From the NCBI GenBank assembly GCA_964445625.1, contig CAYULK010000002.1, forward strand, positions 1 through 31,186: a DNA stretch of 31,186 bases, written 5' to 3'. A program made the position numbers and the translations under genes. The notes below the pieces were generated by a model. That model ran no database searches and had not been told where the DNA came from. It was given only the letters and a program-made list of their open reading frames with translations. This stretch comes from an uncultured Calditrichota bacterium (GTDB taxonomy: Bacteria > Calditrichota > Calditrichia > JAJRVZ01). Below, piece by piece: positions 1 through 9,544 of this stretch (the stretch's first letter is position 1; each line of letters begins with the position of its first letter).

Positions 1-1016
1 TTTCTAATTTCCTCTTTCTCAGGCATCATATCCAATACCAGAACATCCAGCAGAACATCATTATTAAAATCCGCCACATCATTCCCCATCGAGGCACTGC
101 TGACGTGACCCATGGAATGTCTCATCGCCTCGGTACAGGTACCATCGCCGTTGTTATAGTATAGATAGTCATCTTCATGGAAATCATTGGATATATAGAT
201 ATCCGGGTAACCGTCCCAATTAATATCACCGATTGATATACCCAAACCGTACCCCAGGATAGTTTCATAAATGCCGGATTCTGCGGTGACATCTTTGAAA
301 TGTCCTTCCTCATTCTTATATAATTTATCCCCGGCTTCATCATCCCGGATTTTACGCAATTTTTTGGCATCGCCATAAGTCTTTTTTGAATGCACGGAAT
401 GATTCATCAGATACATATCCAGATCACCATCCAGATCATAATCAAAGAAGGCAGCCTGCCTGCCAAGCCCGGTATGCGCAAGGCCGTACTCAGCGGCTCT
501 TTCTGTAAAGGTCAGATCACCATTATTTATGTACAGTTGGTTCGGACCCTTTTTGTCGAGATAATTCGTCCGGCATACATATATATCCAGAAGTCCATCC
601 CCGTTAACATCGGCCATGGTTGTGCCGGTAGTCCATCCTTCCGTTCCTCCGCCTACATTGGCAGTTTTGGTAATATCCTCGAATTGAAAATTCCCCTTAT
701 TAACGTACAAACGGTTGAGATACATATTAGCGGTAAAATAAATATCTGCCAGACCGTCGTTGTTAATATCACCAACTGATACTCCTCCCCCATCATAGAA
801 GTACAGATAATTAACACCATTGAATAATGTGTCTTCCGTAAGTGTATTCTCAAAGGTGATGTTGGTTTCTTCAGAGGTTAGCTTCTCAAACAATGGTTGG
901 ACGGAATCTTCTTGTTCACAGGAATAGAGAACAAAAATCGTCACTATTAGGATCAAGATTGAAAGAGGACTAAATCTAACATTCCACTTTGAAGTTTGTT
1001 TATATAGCAGATTCAT
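1..1016 (-). CDS. FG-GAP/VCBS-repeat (CRTAC1/ASPIC-UnbV type) lipoprotein, N-terminal part, runs off the window start
   Basis: Not in the ORF track (open-ended); translated by hand from ATG 1016: MNLLYKQTSKWNVRFSPLSILILIVTIFVLYSCEQEDSVQPLFEKLTSEETNITFENTL...YFYDGGGVSVGDINNDGLADIY. It has a lipobox-like LYSC, a DxNNDGxxD motif, AAGGA upstream, and clear paralogy to 9545..12907. Confidence 0.85.
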   Translation of the reverse strand, partial: MNLLYKQTSKWNVRFSPLSILILIVTIFVLYSCEQEDSVQPLFEKLTSEETNITFENTLTEDTLFNGVNYLYFYDGGGVSVGDINNDGLADIYFTANMYLNRLYVNKGNFQFEDITKTANVGGGTEGWTTGTTMADVNGDGLLDIYVCRTNYLDKKGPNQLYINNGDLTFTERAAEYGLAHTGLGRQAAFFDYDLDGDLDMYLMNHSVHSKKTYGDAKKLRKIRDDEAGDKLYKNEEGHFKDVTAESGIYETILGYGLGISIGDINWDGYPDIYISNDFHEDDYLYYNNGDGTCTEAMRHSMGHVSSASMGNDVADFNNDVLLDVLVLDMMPEKEEIR

Positions 1017-1100
1017 ATTTATATCCTTATCAGTTTCCCTTTAAGTTACAGCTCTCCTAACTTAATCCATATCCAAAATTGAGACGGAAGCACTATATTA

Positions 1101-4100
1101 CTAATTATCTTGGAAATTGAAGAGAAATCTTTTGAATGCTTTGGTGGTTATTTTTCTAGTGTTATATGTCTGGAGGTACGACAGGTATTCCTCCTCATCG
1201 GGGTATAATTCATCCGGACCATATGGATAGGAGTCCATACCGTGAAAGGGGAGTGGTTTTACCGTTTGGCCTTGAGCTGTATTGAGATCACCGTCCTTTA
1301 ACCAGCCATCATTGTATAATATAAAGTCTCTACGCCAGCCAGAAGGCAGATCAGAAATCTGTTTCGCTTCAAATTCAACGGTTATTTCATCTCCGGCATT
1401 CATGATCACGTACTTACTGTCCGACTCCAAGAGTAGTGGGAGCACATTACCATATTTGGTATACATACCGGTTAAGTCCCTCCATTTCGGTGCCGTAGTA
1501 ACGATTTGGTAGTCCGGGATATGCGGACTGTACGGTGTTTCCCGGGTTACCTTCGAAAAGCCCCGGTAATGAAGATCCGCCAACATTGGCTCAAGTTTAA
1601 AATTTCTTAATGTGCCCCCCGCCACATTGGTAGCATAAAAAATATAATCCCAATAAATCTGCATATTTGTATGTATCCGGATACGGTAATCCTCAATGAG
1701 AAATTTATTACTCAGGTCCACCACCACGGTTTTATTTTTACCTTTGGGAAAACCTAAATTTTCTATTACCGTCCTCCAGCTTCCTTGTTTATCGATTACC
1801 TGAAGTACAGGCGGCATTAAATTGACTATACTGGATTGGGCGATGTTTACGTTAATACTCGCATCAGTGGGGTAAACCCAGCCCTGTAAGAAAAGAAAAA
1901 CACTATCGACCTGAGTTAGATCCCCCAGGTCCAGAATGAGATCGTGCGGTTCCATTATTCCCTGGTACCTGGTAGGATTAAGATTGGAAATGTATTCTCC
2001 GTCGCGGTACGCAATTTTCTGTAGAAGATTATTTCCTTGACTATCCCGGGCTGATACCGGCAATATTTTATGAGCAACCGTATAAATACGAAATGTTGGG
2101 AAGGGAGGTGGTGTAAATCTCTCATTAATAAAAATATCCACATCACCGGGATGATCAACAACCATTAATTTAATTTGGTCAACAAAGGAGGTCTCCCACA
2201 ACTCGGAAGTTAACTGAAGCGAGTATCTTTCATTTTTCAGATGCAGTTTTTCCCCTGGAATTTTGAAATATTCATCAGTGGAATTGGGAAAAGCATAAGA
2301 AACTTCGCCTCCCATAATTCCAAGGGGCATACCTAAAGCGCTGGCCCATAGAACATCGGTCACAAAATCATACTCCTCTCCGTTCCAGGCGTACAACCAG
2401 GGACAGGATCCTTTCAGGATTTGGTTTTCCACAATCGTTTGATTTCTTTCGGGGTTGAACCGATTTTGGGGTACCCCATTACTCCAAACTATCCGAACCA
2501 CATCAGCATTTTCCAAATTCCCGAGGCCGAAGTGGGCGATTGGATCTTTCATTAGCCGCATCTGATACAGAGTACCGGCTTTTACTTCCACCTTAGCACC
2601 GATTCCAAAGTAATTATTTTTACTACTACCACTGCGGAGTCCGGCCAGCCGCACAACAATATAGTTATTCACATTGCCACCGTCATTGCGCAGTAGGTGG
2701 ACAGTGCCTTGTGTACCAATTAAGAAAATATCAATATCACCATCATTATCATAGTCAGTCACTTCTACCTGACTACCGGCTTCGGGAAGTTCGGGTAGTA
2801 ATATAGAGGCATCCAAATATTTTCCTTCTCCATTGTTATAAAATAGCCAAAGTCCTCTACTTTTATGGGTTCTATCTTTTGACTTGCCGGCAACTAAAAG
2901 ATCGAGAAAGCCATCATTATCTGCATCAAAAAATAAGGCATCAAGTCCGGAAATTTCTTTTATACTTTCAAATAGGCTGTCCGACCTGTCATCTCGCTCA
3001 AAAGTGCCATCACCCTGATTGCGAAGCAGAGAATGTTGACCACTGCTCAAGCTCGTTAAAAACAGATCCAAATATCCATCATTATTATAGTCGCCCACTG
3101 CCACAGCACCGGTGCCGTTATCAGTTGCTAAGCCTGCTTGTTCAGTAATATCCCGAAAATAACCCTGCCGTAAATTATCAAAATATTGATTGCTTCCGCC
3201 CTGATTTACTACAAAAAGATCGATATCCCCATCATCGTCAAAATCTCCGAACACAACATCCCGGCTATTCGAGATAACTTCCACAGCACCGATGCCGACC
3301 TCTTCTCCAATTTCAGTGAATGTTCCATCTGAATTATTTCGGTACAAGCGGTTTTGAGAACTTGTAGCGATGAATAGATCCAAATCACCTTCCAAATCCA
3401 GGTCAGCAAACAGTGCTTCCCGGCCTTTGGAGTCGGTGCGGATTCCGGTAGAGGCCGTGACATCCCGAAAGGCTCTTTCTCCGGTATTATGGTATAATCT
3501 GTTGGCCAACGTATTGGTGACGAATAAGTCGAGATAGCCGTCATTGTCATAATCGGCAAAAATAGCAGAAAGATCCCTACCGGTATGGGAGATACCGGCA
3601 TCTGTCGCAATGTCTGAGAAGACGCCGTTATCGTTGAGAAATAAAAATTGCCGGCTGGCTTGTTTCCCCGGTTCGTATCTGGAGACGAAAACATCCTGGT
3701 CTCCATCGCTATCATAATCGCCATGCGCAAGTACGATCTGCGGATAATCATCACTTAACTCCACAGCATTTCCGGATGATATGATATCCAATCCGCTGGA
3801 TGACGTTACCTCGGTGAAATTGAGGGCATCAGGAATACCGGTCCTTGCCTGGATATGCAGCGATACCGTATGACTAAAACGGAGAATGGGCTCACCGGTG
3901 ATGGCGCCGCTTATTCCCTTCAATTCAGTAATTGCTGCCTGATAGAAGGATGTCGACTTCAACAAATTGTGAAACATGCGGGTGGGAGGAAAAGCCTGTT
4001 CAGGATTTGCGTCGCGCATAAGCTCAAGACTTTTCCGAAATATTTCCAGTGAACCCTCCGGCAATTCAGGCAGGATCTGGTAGATGGTTTCCATATGCTG

Positions 4101-4679
4101 CAGCGCCTGATCCGGCTTTCCATTCCGTAATAACAACTCTGCCAGCTGCAGGCGGGCCACTACATTTGCAGGCAGGGAATTAACCACCCTGGCTAAGTAA
4201 TCTTCCGCTTTTTGTTGAGTACCAGGATCCTGTGAGTTGATGTAATATTGTGCCAACTGATATAATGTCCGCACATGGAAGGTGTGTTTTTCAATCGTAA
4301 ATTCCAAAGTGCTGATCGCCTGATCTTCTCGCTGGGTTAATTCATACACTTTTGCTAATAAGAGACGAGCACCGGGATGATCCGGTTCCAGGATTAATGC
4401 TTCCTGCAGCCATTTTTCAGCCATTCCGAGTTTGTTCATCATACGTAAATAAGTCAGTCCGAGATCAGCGTATCCCAGAGGTTCCTCCGGTGCAATTTCA
4501 ATCAATGTCCGGAATTCTTTTGCTGCCTCCGGCAGTTTATTCTCCTCAAGATAAGCCAGACCAAGATTCCGGTGAAGGATCATCTTTCCAGCGGTCTGAG
4601 GATTGAACTCTACTTTTTTTTCACACCCGTTTAATAGGATGAGCAGGCCCGAAACAAAATAAATTAATCTTTTCATCAT
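1101..4679 (-). CDS. TPR + FG-GAP/VCBS repeats + ASPIC/UnbV domain lipoprotein with a long uncharacterised C-terminal domain
   Basis: Likely start MMKRLIYFVSGLLILLNGC at 4679 (lipobox LNGC), not the ORF-track start 4772. TPR-like helices (HRNLGLAYLE, YADLGLTYL, RLLLAKVYE) are followed by repeated DYDNDGxLD motifs, an UnbV-type segment (YFGIGAKVEVKAG...AHFGLG...VRIVWSNG), then about 430 aa beginning GSCPWLYAWNG. Confidence 0.88.
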   Translation of the reverse strand: MMKRLIYFVSGLLILLNGCEKKVEFNPQTAGKMILHRNLGLAYLEENKLPEAAKEFRTLIEIAPEEPLGYADLGLTYLRMMNKLGMAEKWLQEALILEPDHPGARLLLAKVYELTQREDQAISTLEFTIEKHTFHVRTLYQLAQYYINSQDPGTQQKAEDYLARVVNSLPANVVARLQLAELLLRNGKPDQALQHMETIYQILPELPEGSLEIFRKSLELMRDANPEQAFPPTRMFHNLLKSTSFYQAAITELKGISGAITGEPILRFSHTVSLHIQARTGIPDALNFTEVTSSSGLDIISSGNAVELSDDYPQIVLAHGDYDSDGDQDVFVSRYEPGKQASRQFLFLNDNGVFSDIATDAGISHTGRDLSAIFADYDNDGYLDLFVTNTLANRLYHNTGERAFRDVTASTGIRTDSKGREALFADLDLEGDLDLFIATSSQNRLYRNNSDGTFTEIGEEVGIGAVEVISNSRDVVFGDFDDDGDIDLFVVNQGGSNQYFDNLRQGYFRDITEQAGLATDNGTGAVAVGDYNNDGYLDLFLTSLSSGQHSLLRNQGDGTFERDDRSDSLFESIKEISGLDALFFDADNDGFLDLLVAGKSKDRTHKSRGLWLFYNNGEGKYLDASILLPELPEAGSQVEVTDYDNDGDIDIFLIGTQGTVHLLRNDGGNVNNYIVVRLAGLRSGSSKNNYFGIGAKVEVKAGTLYQMRLMKDPIAHFGLGNLENADVVRIVWSNGVPQNRFNPERNQTIVENQILKGSCPWLYAWNGEEYDFVTDVLWASALGMPLGIMGGEVSYAFPNSTDEYFKIPGEKLHLKNERYSLQLTSELWETSFVDQIKLMVVDHPGDVDIFINERFTPPPFPTFRIYTVAHKILPVSARDSQGNNLLQKIAYRDGEYISNLNPTRYQGIMEPHDLILDLGDLTQVDSVFLFLQGWVYPTDASINVNIAQSSIVNLMPPVLQVIDKQGSWRTVIENLGFPKGKNKTVVVDLSNKFLIEDYRIRIHTNMQIYWDYIFYATNVAGGTLRNFKLEPMLADLHYRGFSKVTRETPYSPHIPDYQIVTTAPKWRDLTGMYTKYGNVLPLLLESDSKYVIMNAGDEITVEFEAKQISDLPSGWRRDFILYNDGWLKDGDLNTAQGQTVKPLPFHGMDSYPYGPDELYPDEEEYLSYLQTYNTRKITTKAFKRFLFNFQDN

Positions 4680-4784
4680 ACGTATCAATTGAGAGGGTTG
4701 AAAATTAATAAATCTTTCACTTTGAACATGTCTCCTAATAATTACGCTTAAAGTGATGAGATTTAATAACATAAATTATATAAA

Positions 4785-5738
4785 TCAACATGTTTTACTA
4801 CAATTACAGTGTATAGGAGACGTGAGTGCCTGATTGATGTTCATTCTATGTATACTTCGTAAGCGTTCTGTATGGCATTTGTCGCATGACGATAGTTTTT
4901 CAACGTCCCAAAGGTCAGCAAATACGCGACCAAGCTTTAACTGTATGCCATATGCAAGTACTTCTTCTAAAGATTTTAGATTTGGTGGAGAGAATAGACC
5001 AAAACTATGTAACTGATCAAGAGCCCCGTTGCCCATACGGGTCGGGATAATCACGCAACACTCTACACCGATATTGAATGCAAAATCAATGGAATGCTTG
5101 GCCCAAATGATTCCTTCGGCTTCGTTGAGGAAAGGAGGAGGCAGCAGAATGAAGGTACGAACCAAAATATCTTTTTTAAAAAGATAGTTCGTGGCCTTTT
5201 CAAAATCTTCCAATGTCATGCTTTTATTTAATTTTTTGAGTATCTGAGGATGGACCGTTTCCACTCCCATAGCTACATATAGTTTCGGTTTAAGTAGATC
5301 GAGAAAGGGTAGACAGCGCCTTTTAACAAGACGGGGGTGACTTTCGATCACCACGGATTTGAATGATCCAAGGAGGTTAGCGATCTCTGGAAAATCATTC
5401 GGTGGAATTGCCTGTGGGTCGAAAAAACTTCCACTGTTGTACAACTTGATATGTTCCACGGGAGGTATTTGATCTAATGCCCATTTGATTTGTGTGGGAA
5501 TCGCTCCATTCGGTACCGACTTATCAAGTGTATTCTTCCAAAGATCACACATCAGACAGTGAAAGGGACACTCATTATTCGTTAAAAATATGGTTGCAAC
5601 GCATTCAACTATACCTTCTTCCGTGTGTTCTTTCTCCACCAGATAGTTATAAGGTCTCAAGGGATTGACACGATTTTTTACTGGTCGCTGGTTTAGAATC
5701 CACCGATCATTTGTTTGAACCATTGTGGTGTCATTCAT
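4785..5738 (-). CDS. Radical SAM protein resembling the TIGR01210/RaSEA (archaeosine-type) family
   Basis: CxxxCxxC at C57/C61/C64 (CPFHCLMC). Downstream motifs YNSGSFFD, ESHP, MGVET, TFILLPPPFL, IPT and C-terminal CDKC...CNC recall the RaSEA pattern (TSGSFLD, ESRP, IGLET, LLKPPFL). Radical SAM call is firm; the subfamily is from motif memory. Confidence 0.8.
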   Translation of the reverse strand: MNDTTMVQTNDRWILNQRPVKNRVNPLRPYNYLVEKEHTEEGIVECVATIFLTNNECPFHCLMCDLWKNTLDKSVPNGAIPTQIKWALDQIPPVEHIKLYNSGSFFDPQAIPPNDFPEIANLLGSFKSVVIESHPRLVKRRCLPFLDLLKPKLYVAMGVETVHPQILKKLNKSMTLEDFEKATNYLFKKDILVRTFILLPPPFLNEAEGIIWAKHSIDFAFNIGVECCVIIPTRMGNGALDQLHSFGLFSPPNLKSLEEVLAYGIQLKLGRVFADLWDVEKLSSCDKCHTERLRSIHRMNINQALTSPIHCNCSKTC

Positions 5739-7059
5739 ATTGAGCGCTAAAAAACCGACGGTATTGTGTCTGTTTTGTTGGAAATCGGTTATTGAAATCT
5801 TCTTGTGTTATCGCACCATGCTGAAACCGGCGTTTTGGGAATACCGGCATTTTCAGCCCTGTAATAGCTTCCACACCTCTAGATACAATCTCACCTTTCA
5901 GTTGATACAATTTTTCGTGCTGCCATTGCGTTAAAGCGATAAAAGGTATGGTTTCAGCAATTTCAATGACGTTGGGAAGCGTGTAGGGGCTTAAGCCATC
6001 AAACCCAAACAGACTTTTCGGAGCATTAGTGCGGGTATAAGCCCGACTCAGACCCCCGGAGTAGGTGAGTGAATGTTTAATAGAATCTACACCCCAGCCT
6101 TCCTGGTAAAGCATCATATTATTAAAGACACTTCGAATTGTAAGTTCTGGATTTTCCTCAATGCTATAATCCTTTAAGTTTTCGTCTCCACCATCGCCAT
6201 CAATGAGATAGCACCATTCGGGATAGCGTTTGCGTATTCCACGGCATAGAGCTATATTCATCGATGCTGCCTGGATATCCAGTGGTTTGTAATCCTCCAC
6301 AACCCTGATGGCTTCCTGCCAGTTTACTTCATTAACGGAGACTTCAATGGGCTCTAAGAACAATGAAAGCCCAAGTTGTTCTAAAAAACGACGTGTCTGA
6401 ATTAAGTCATCACCGCCCCCCTGTACAGATAACGTAAAGGCTTTGAGTCGTGCAGGATTTAAACCAAGTTGCAACATAGCATGATAGGTTAATAAGAATA
6501 CCGAACCGCTGTCGATGCCCCCAGAGAAACAAACGCCAATGGGTCCTTCAATGGCTCTGTTCTGGAGCCATTTAACGATTTCCTGATACAATGTCTTTAT
6601 ATAAATTTTGCCGATTTCATTCTTATCCGGCTCCAGACATTTCTGATCAGGAGTAAAAAATCGATAGTAATTTGGATTTGGGTCAGGGCAACCAACGAGA
6701 GCAATTTCGGTAACATAATGGGCCGGCGCCATGCGTGTATAGGAAGGATGAAATTGATCTTCCAGCCCCTCGTTTTTCAGAAATTCAGCGATGGTATCAA
6801 TGCGTTCGGCTGCAACAAGCAAGGGCCCGTCTTCTTTTTTGGCGATGAAATAGCGCAAAGGCTGCCCAATTGAACGCGCCAGCCGCACAGACATGCCCTT
6901 CGGGGCAACTAAAGCAAATTGACCATCAATGGCCCGGACTCTATTGACGTCATCTGCGGCCACAAGTTCCCTGGCCTCCTCAACAGTCAGGTTATAGATA
7001 ATATTTTTTGAGTCATCCGTTAAATCAACTACACGTCTAATCGCTTGAGTGTTTTGCAA
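5731..7059 (-). CDS. Asparagine-synthase-like adenine nucleotide alpha-hydrolase (PP-loop) enzyme lacking the Ntn catalytic Cys
   Basis: PP-loop SGGIDSG (about aa 179-185) and IDGDGGDE (compare AsnB SGEGADE). TTG start 6 nt after GAGGG. Stop overlaps the radical SAM start (ATGAATGA). Confidence 0.82.
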   Translation of the reverse strand: MQNTQAIRRVVDLTDDSKNIIYNLTVEEARELVAADDVNRVRAIDGQFALVAPKGMSVRLARSIGQPLRYFIAKKEDGPLLVAAERIDTIAEFLKNEGLEDQFHPSYTRMAPAHYVTEIALVGCPDPNPNYYRFFTPDQKCLEPDKNEIGKIYIKTLYQEIVKWLQNRAIEGPIGVCFSGGIDSGSVFLLTYHAMLQLGLNPARLKAFTLSVQGGGDDLIQTRRFLEQLGLSLFLEPIEVSVNEVNWQEAIRVVEDYKPLDIQAASMNIALCRGIRKRYPEWCYLIDGDGGDENLKDYSIEENPELTIRSVFNNMMLYQEGWGVDSIKHSLTYSGGLSRAYTRTNAPKSLFGFDGLSPYTLPNVIEIAETIPFIALTQWQHEKLYQLKGEIVSRGVEAITGLKMPVFPKRRFQHGAITQEDFNNRFPTKQTQYRRFFSAQYE

Positions 7060-7310
7060 TTCATGCCCTCTGTTTCTATGCTAAAATGATTTGGTGACTA
7101 AAATAAATAAGCTATAAACGAAAGCACATTTGTTTTAATAGCCTTTTTGTTCCTTCTACTCCCAATCAAGGAAACCGTCTGAAAATCCCAACCATGTTCA
7201 TTCTGTAGAAATGTATGTATCATTATGCTTGACAATCAGGATATCTATAATTTATAAAAAAATTGTGACAATAGAAATTTCAGGTCAGGAGTAAATATTT
7301 TATGCCGGTT

Positions 7311-9416
7311 TTAATCCCGAACAGGTGCCAGGCGTTGGATGTCCTCTGCGGTGGCCGGTGTAAGACGTATCGCCTGACCACCGCCTGCTGCCAGACGCAA
7401 CGACAGTATGGTTTCGATATCAACCAGTACCTTCTTGATCTCTATGTCATAAGGATTGCTAATCCAATCTGCCATTTTTCCATCTCGATAAACCTCAGCA
7501 ACGTATTTCCTGGCAGGCTCCAGAAAGCCAAGCGGTAATTCCAAAACACGATCTTCCTCATCGGTGATACTACCGATATACCAATCTTCGCTATTTCGAT
7601 CCTGTCGGGCAATTGTAATGTAGTCGCCAATTTGAGCATGTATTACTTTGGTGTCCTGCCAGTCAGCTGGTACATCCAGGATGAATTGAAAAGCCGGTTG
7701 ATCCTCATAGTTTTCAGGCAGGTCGGCGGCCATCTGCAACGGGCTGTAAAGAACTACATATAGAGCCAGTTGTTTTGCCAGTGTTGTGTTGACCCGGTTA
7801 TTAGGGCGGGTCTCTTTAAGAATCAGGTCAAAAATTCCGGGTGTAAAATCCATGGGCCCGGCGAGCAATCGTGTAAACGGTAGAATAGTGGTATGGTCCG
7901 GTGGATTACCGCCATCCGGACCCCACGCATTGTATTCCTGACCCCTTGCTCCCTCACGAGTCATCATATTCGGATAAGTACGCCGGATACCGGTGTCCTT
8001 TATGGGTTCATGCGCATCCAGCATGATATGATATTTAGCCGCTGTCTCGACCACTTTTCTGTAATGTCGTACCATGTACTGGCCATGATGCCACTCCATT
8101 TGAATTGAATTATCATTTTCATCTATGCGTTTAATTCCCTGGCCCCAGCCGACATATCCTGTTTTAACTTTATCAATCCCTAGTTTGCGGTAATATTCGA
8201 AAGCATCCTCCATTTGTCGCTCATAGTTTATGACCGAAGCGCCTGTCTCGTGGTGACCAATAATCTGGATCCCTTTGCTTGCAGCGTAGGCGCTCAATTC
8301 TTTTATATCGAAATCTTCGTAGGGAGTCGTAAAATTGAAAAGTTCGCCATTCTGAGTCCAGTCGCCATCCCAGCCTACATTCCAGCCTTCAACAAGCACT
8401 CCCGGAAAACCATACTTAGCTGCAAAATCGATATATGCCTTGGTATTTTCAGTTGTCGCGCCGTGTTTCTTACCAGAGCCCCAGGTGTACTTGCCAATAT
8501 GCATGCCCCACCAGATGCCAATATATTTTTCCGGTTTAATCCATGAAACATCACCCAGTTTATTCGGTTCATTCAGGTTCAGGATGAGATAGGATGTGAT
8601 TAAATCACCGGCAGATTCAGCGATCTGAATCGTACGCCAGGGCGTTTGGAGTGGAGTGGAGGCTTTTACTTTGACACCATCGGACCAGGGGACAAGATCA
8701 CAAAGCAACGTGTTGTTTTTAAAACCTGCCAGGGTCATAGAGGCATAATTGGTAAGATTAGCCTCATGAATGCTTAAAAACAGACCGTCGGCAGTTTCGA
8801 TTGTCAATGGCGTATGGACTGCACGGATGGTATCGTTTGGAATTGAACTGATCGGAGATTTTTTATACAAGTACTCATAACGCTCGCGCTGGTAAGCCGG
8901 AATCCACCAGGCCTGATGGTCCCCTGTCATGGCAAATTCTGTCTCCTCATCCATGATCTGAAAGTCGTTGAGATGATTTTGTTCCGGCAACTCGTAGCGA
9001 AAACCGAGGCCATAGTCGTATACCCTGAAGACCAGGTTCATCTTGCGTGGGGTTTCGGTGGTCTCTTCGAGCTGAACTCGTAGTTCGTTATAATGGTTCC
9101 TGATTTCTTTTACCTCTCCCCAGGGTTGAAACCAGGTCTCGTCAAAGCTGCTTTTCTGAATCCCGATTTGAGTCAGGTTCTGGTTCAGGGGAGCGGCGTC
9201 TTTGAAAATAAAGCCCAGTTTAGAAGGTTTTATAATGTTCTTACCCGAACGGTTGACCTGATAGTAGGGCACCCCATCTTCAAGCGAAAGTGTGACTGTG
9301 ATCTCACCGTCAGGTGAGGAAACATAGAGACTTTCTTCTACACCTTGCTTACACTGAGTGAACAATAGCAGCAGAAGGATAAGTGTAAAAAGAGCAGGGA
9401 GTTTGTTATTATTCAT
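7311..9416 (-). CDS. susB: Glycoside hydrolase family 97 (SusB-like alpha-glucosidase/glucoamylase), probably the inverting subgroup
   Basis: GH97 motifs PWRTI, YIDFAA, HHET, VKTGYV, DAHE, REGARGQE, GPMDFTPG, YSPLQMAAD. N-terminal signal ending FTQC. Confidence 0.92.
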   Translation of the reverse strand: MNNNKLPALFTLILLLLLFTQCKQGVEESLYVSSPDGEITVTLSLEDGVPYYQVNRSGKNIIKPSKLGFIFKDAAPLNQNLTQIGIQKSSFDETWFQPWGEVKEIRNHYNELRVQLEETTETPRKMNLVFRVYDYGLGFRYELPEQNHLNDFQIMDEETEFAMTGDHQAWWIPAYQRERYEYLYKKSPISSIPNDTIRAVHTPLTIETADGLFLSIHEANLTNYASMTLAGFKNNTLLCDLVPWSDGVKVKASTPLQTPWRTIQIAESAGDLITSYLILNLNEPNKLGDVSWIKPEKYIGIWWGMHIGKYTWGSGKKHGATTENTKAYIDFAAKYGFPGVLVEGWNVGWDGDWTQNGELFNFTTPYEDFDIKELSAYAASKGIQIIGHHETGASVINYERQMEDAFEYYRKLGIDKVKTGYVGWGQGIKRIDENDNSIQMEWHHGQYMVRHYRKVVETAAKYHIMLDAHEPIKDTGIRRTYPNMMTREGARGQEYNAWGPDGGNPPDHTTILPFTRLLAGPMDFTPGIFDLILKETRPNNRVNTTLAKQLALYVVLYSPLQMAADLPENYEDQPAFQFILDVPADWQDTKVIHAQIGDYITIARQDRNSEDWYIGSITDEEDRVLELPLGFLEPARKYVAEVYRDGKMADWISNPYDIEIKKVLVDIETILSLRLAAGGGQAIRLTPATAEDIQRLAPVRD

Positions 9417-9455
9417 GATTTTCCTCTATATGGAAGATGATAAATTGGAATTTTC

Positions 9456-9485
9456 AATATAGACAACCTATGATTTTAAAGTCAA
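9456..9485 (-). promoter_or_regulatory. Putative sigma70-type promoter for the GH97 gene
   Basis: Minus strand TTGACT (9485-9480), 18-nt spacer, TATATT (9461-9456), about 40 nt upstream of the GH97 ATG. Confidence 0.5.
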
Positions 9486-9544
9486 GATGAAGGATACACT
9501 CATCCTGGTTGCACATAATAATTAGCGAATTGTTTGATTGTGGA

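Noticed and set aside
4680-4772. N-terminal extensions in the ORF track (4772, 18593, 23808)
   Set aside because: Downstream ATGs (4679, 18692, 23922) give proper signal peptides or family N termini; the 23808 extension is made of repeat DNA.
7029-7064. Out-of-frame ATG mini-ORF (MNCKTLKRLDV) overlapping the ligase start
   Set aside because: The ATG is only 1 nt from GAGGG, whereas the in-frame TTG is 6 nt away, so TTG is the better start.
7229-7258. Plus-strand antisense promoter into the GH97 3' end
   Set aside because: TTGACA is 11 nt from TATAAT (wrong spacing); the alternative at 18 nt (TATAAA) lacks the conserved final T.
5731-7310. Lasso peptide/RiPP cluster, with the 41-aa ORF at 7223-7098 (minus) as precursor
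   Set aside because: The small ORF has no Shine-Dalgarno and no convincing leader-Thr/Gly1-Asp/Glu8-9 pattern; no B peptidase or RRE gene is present.
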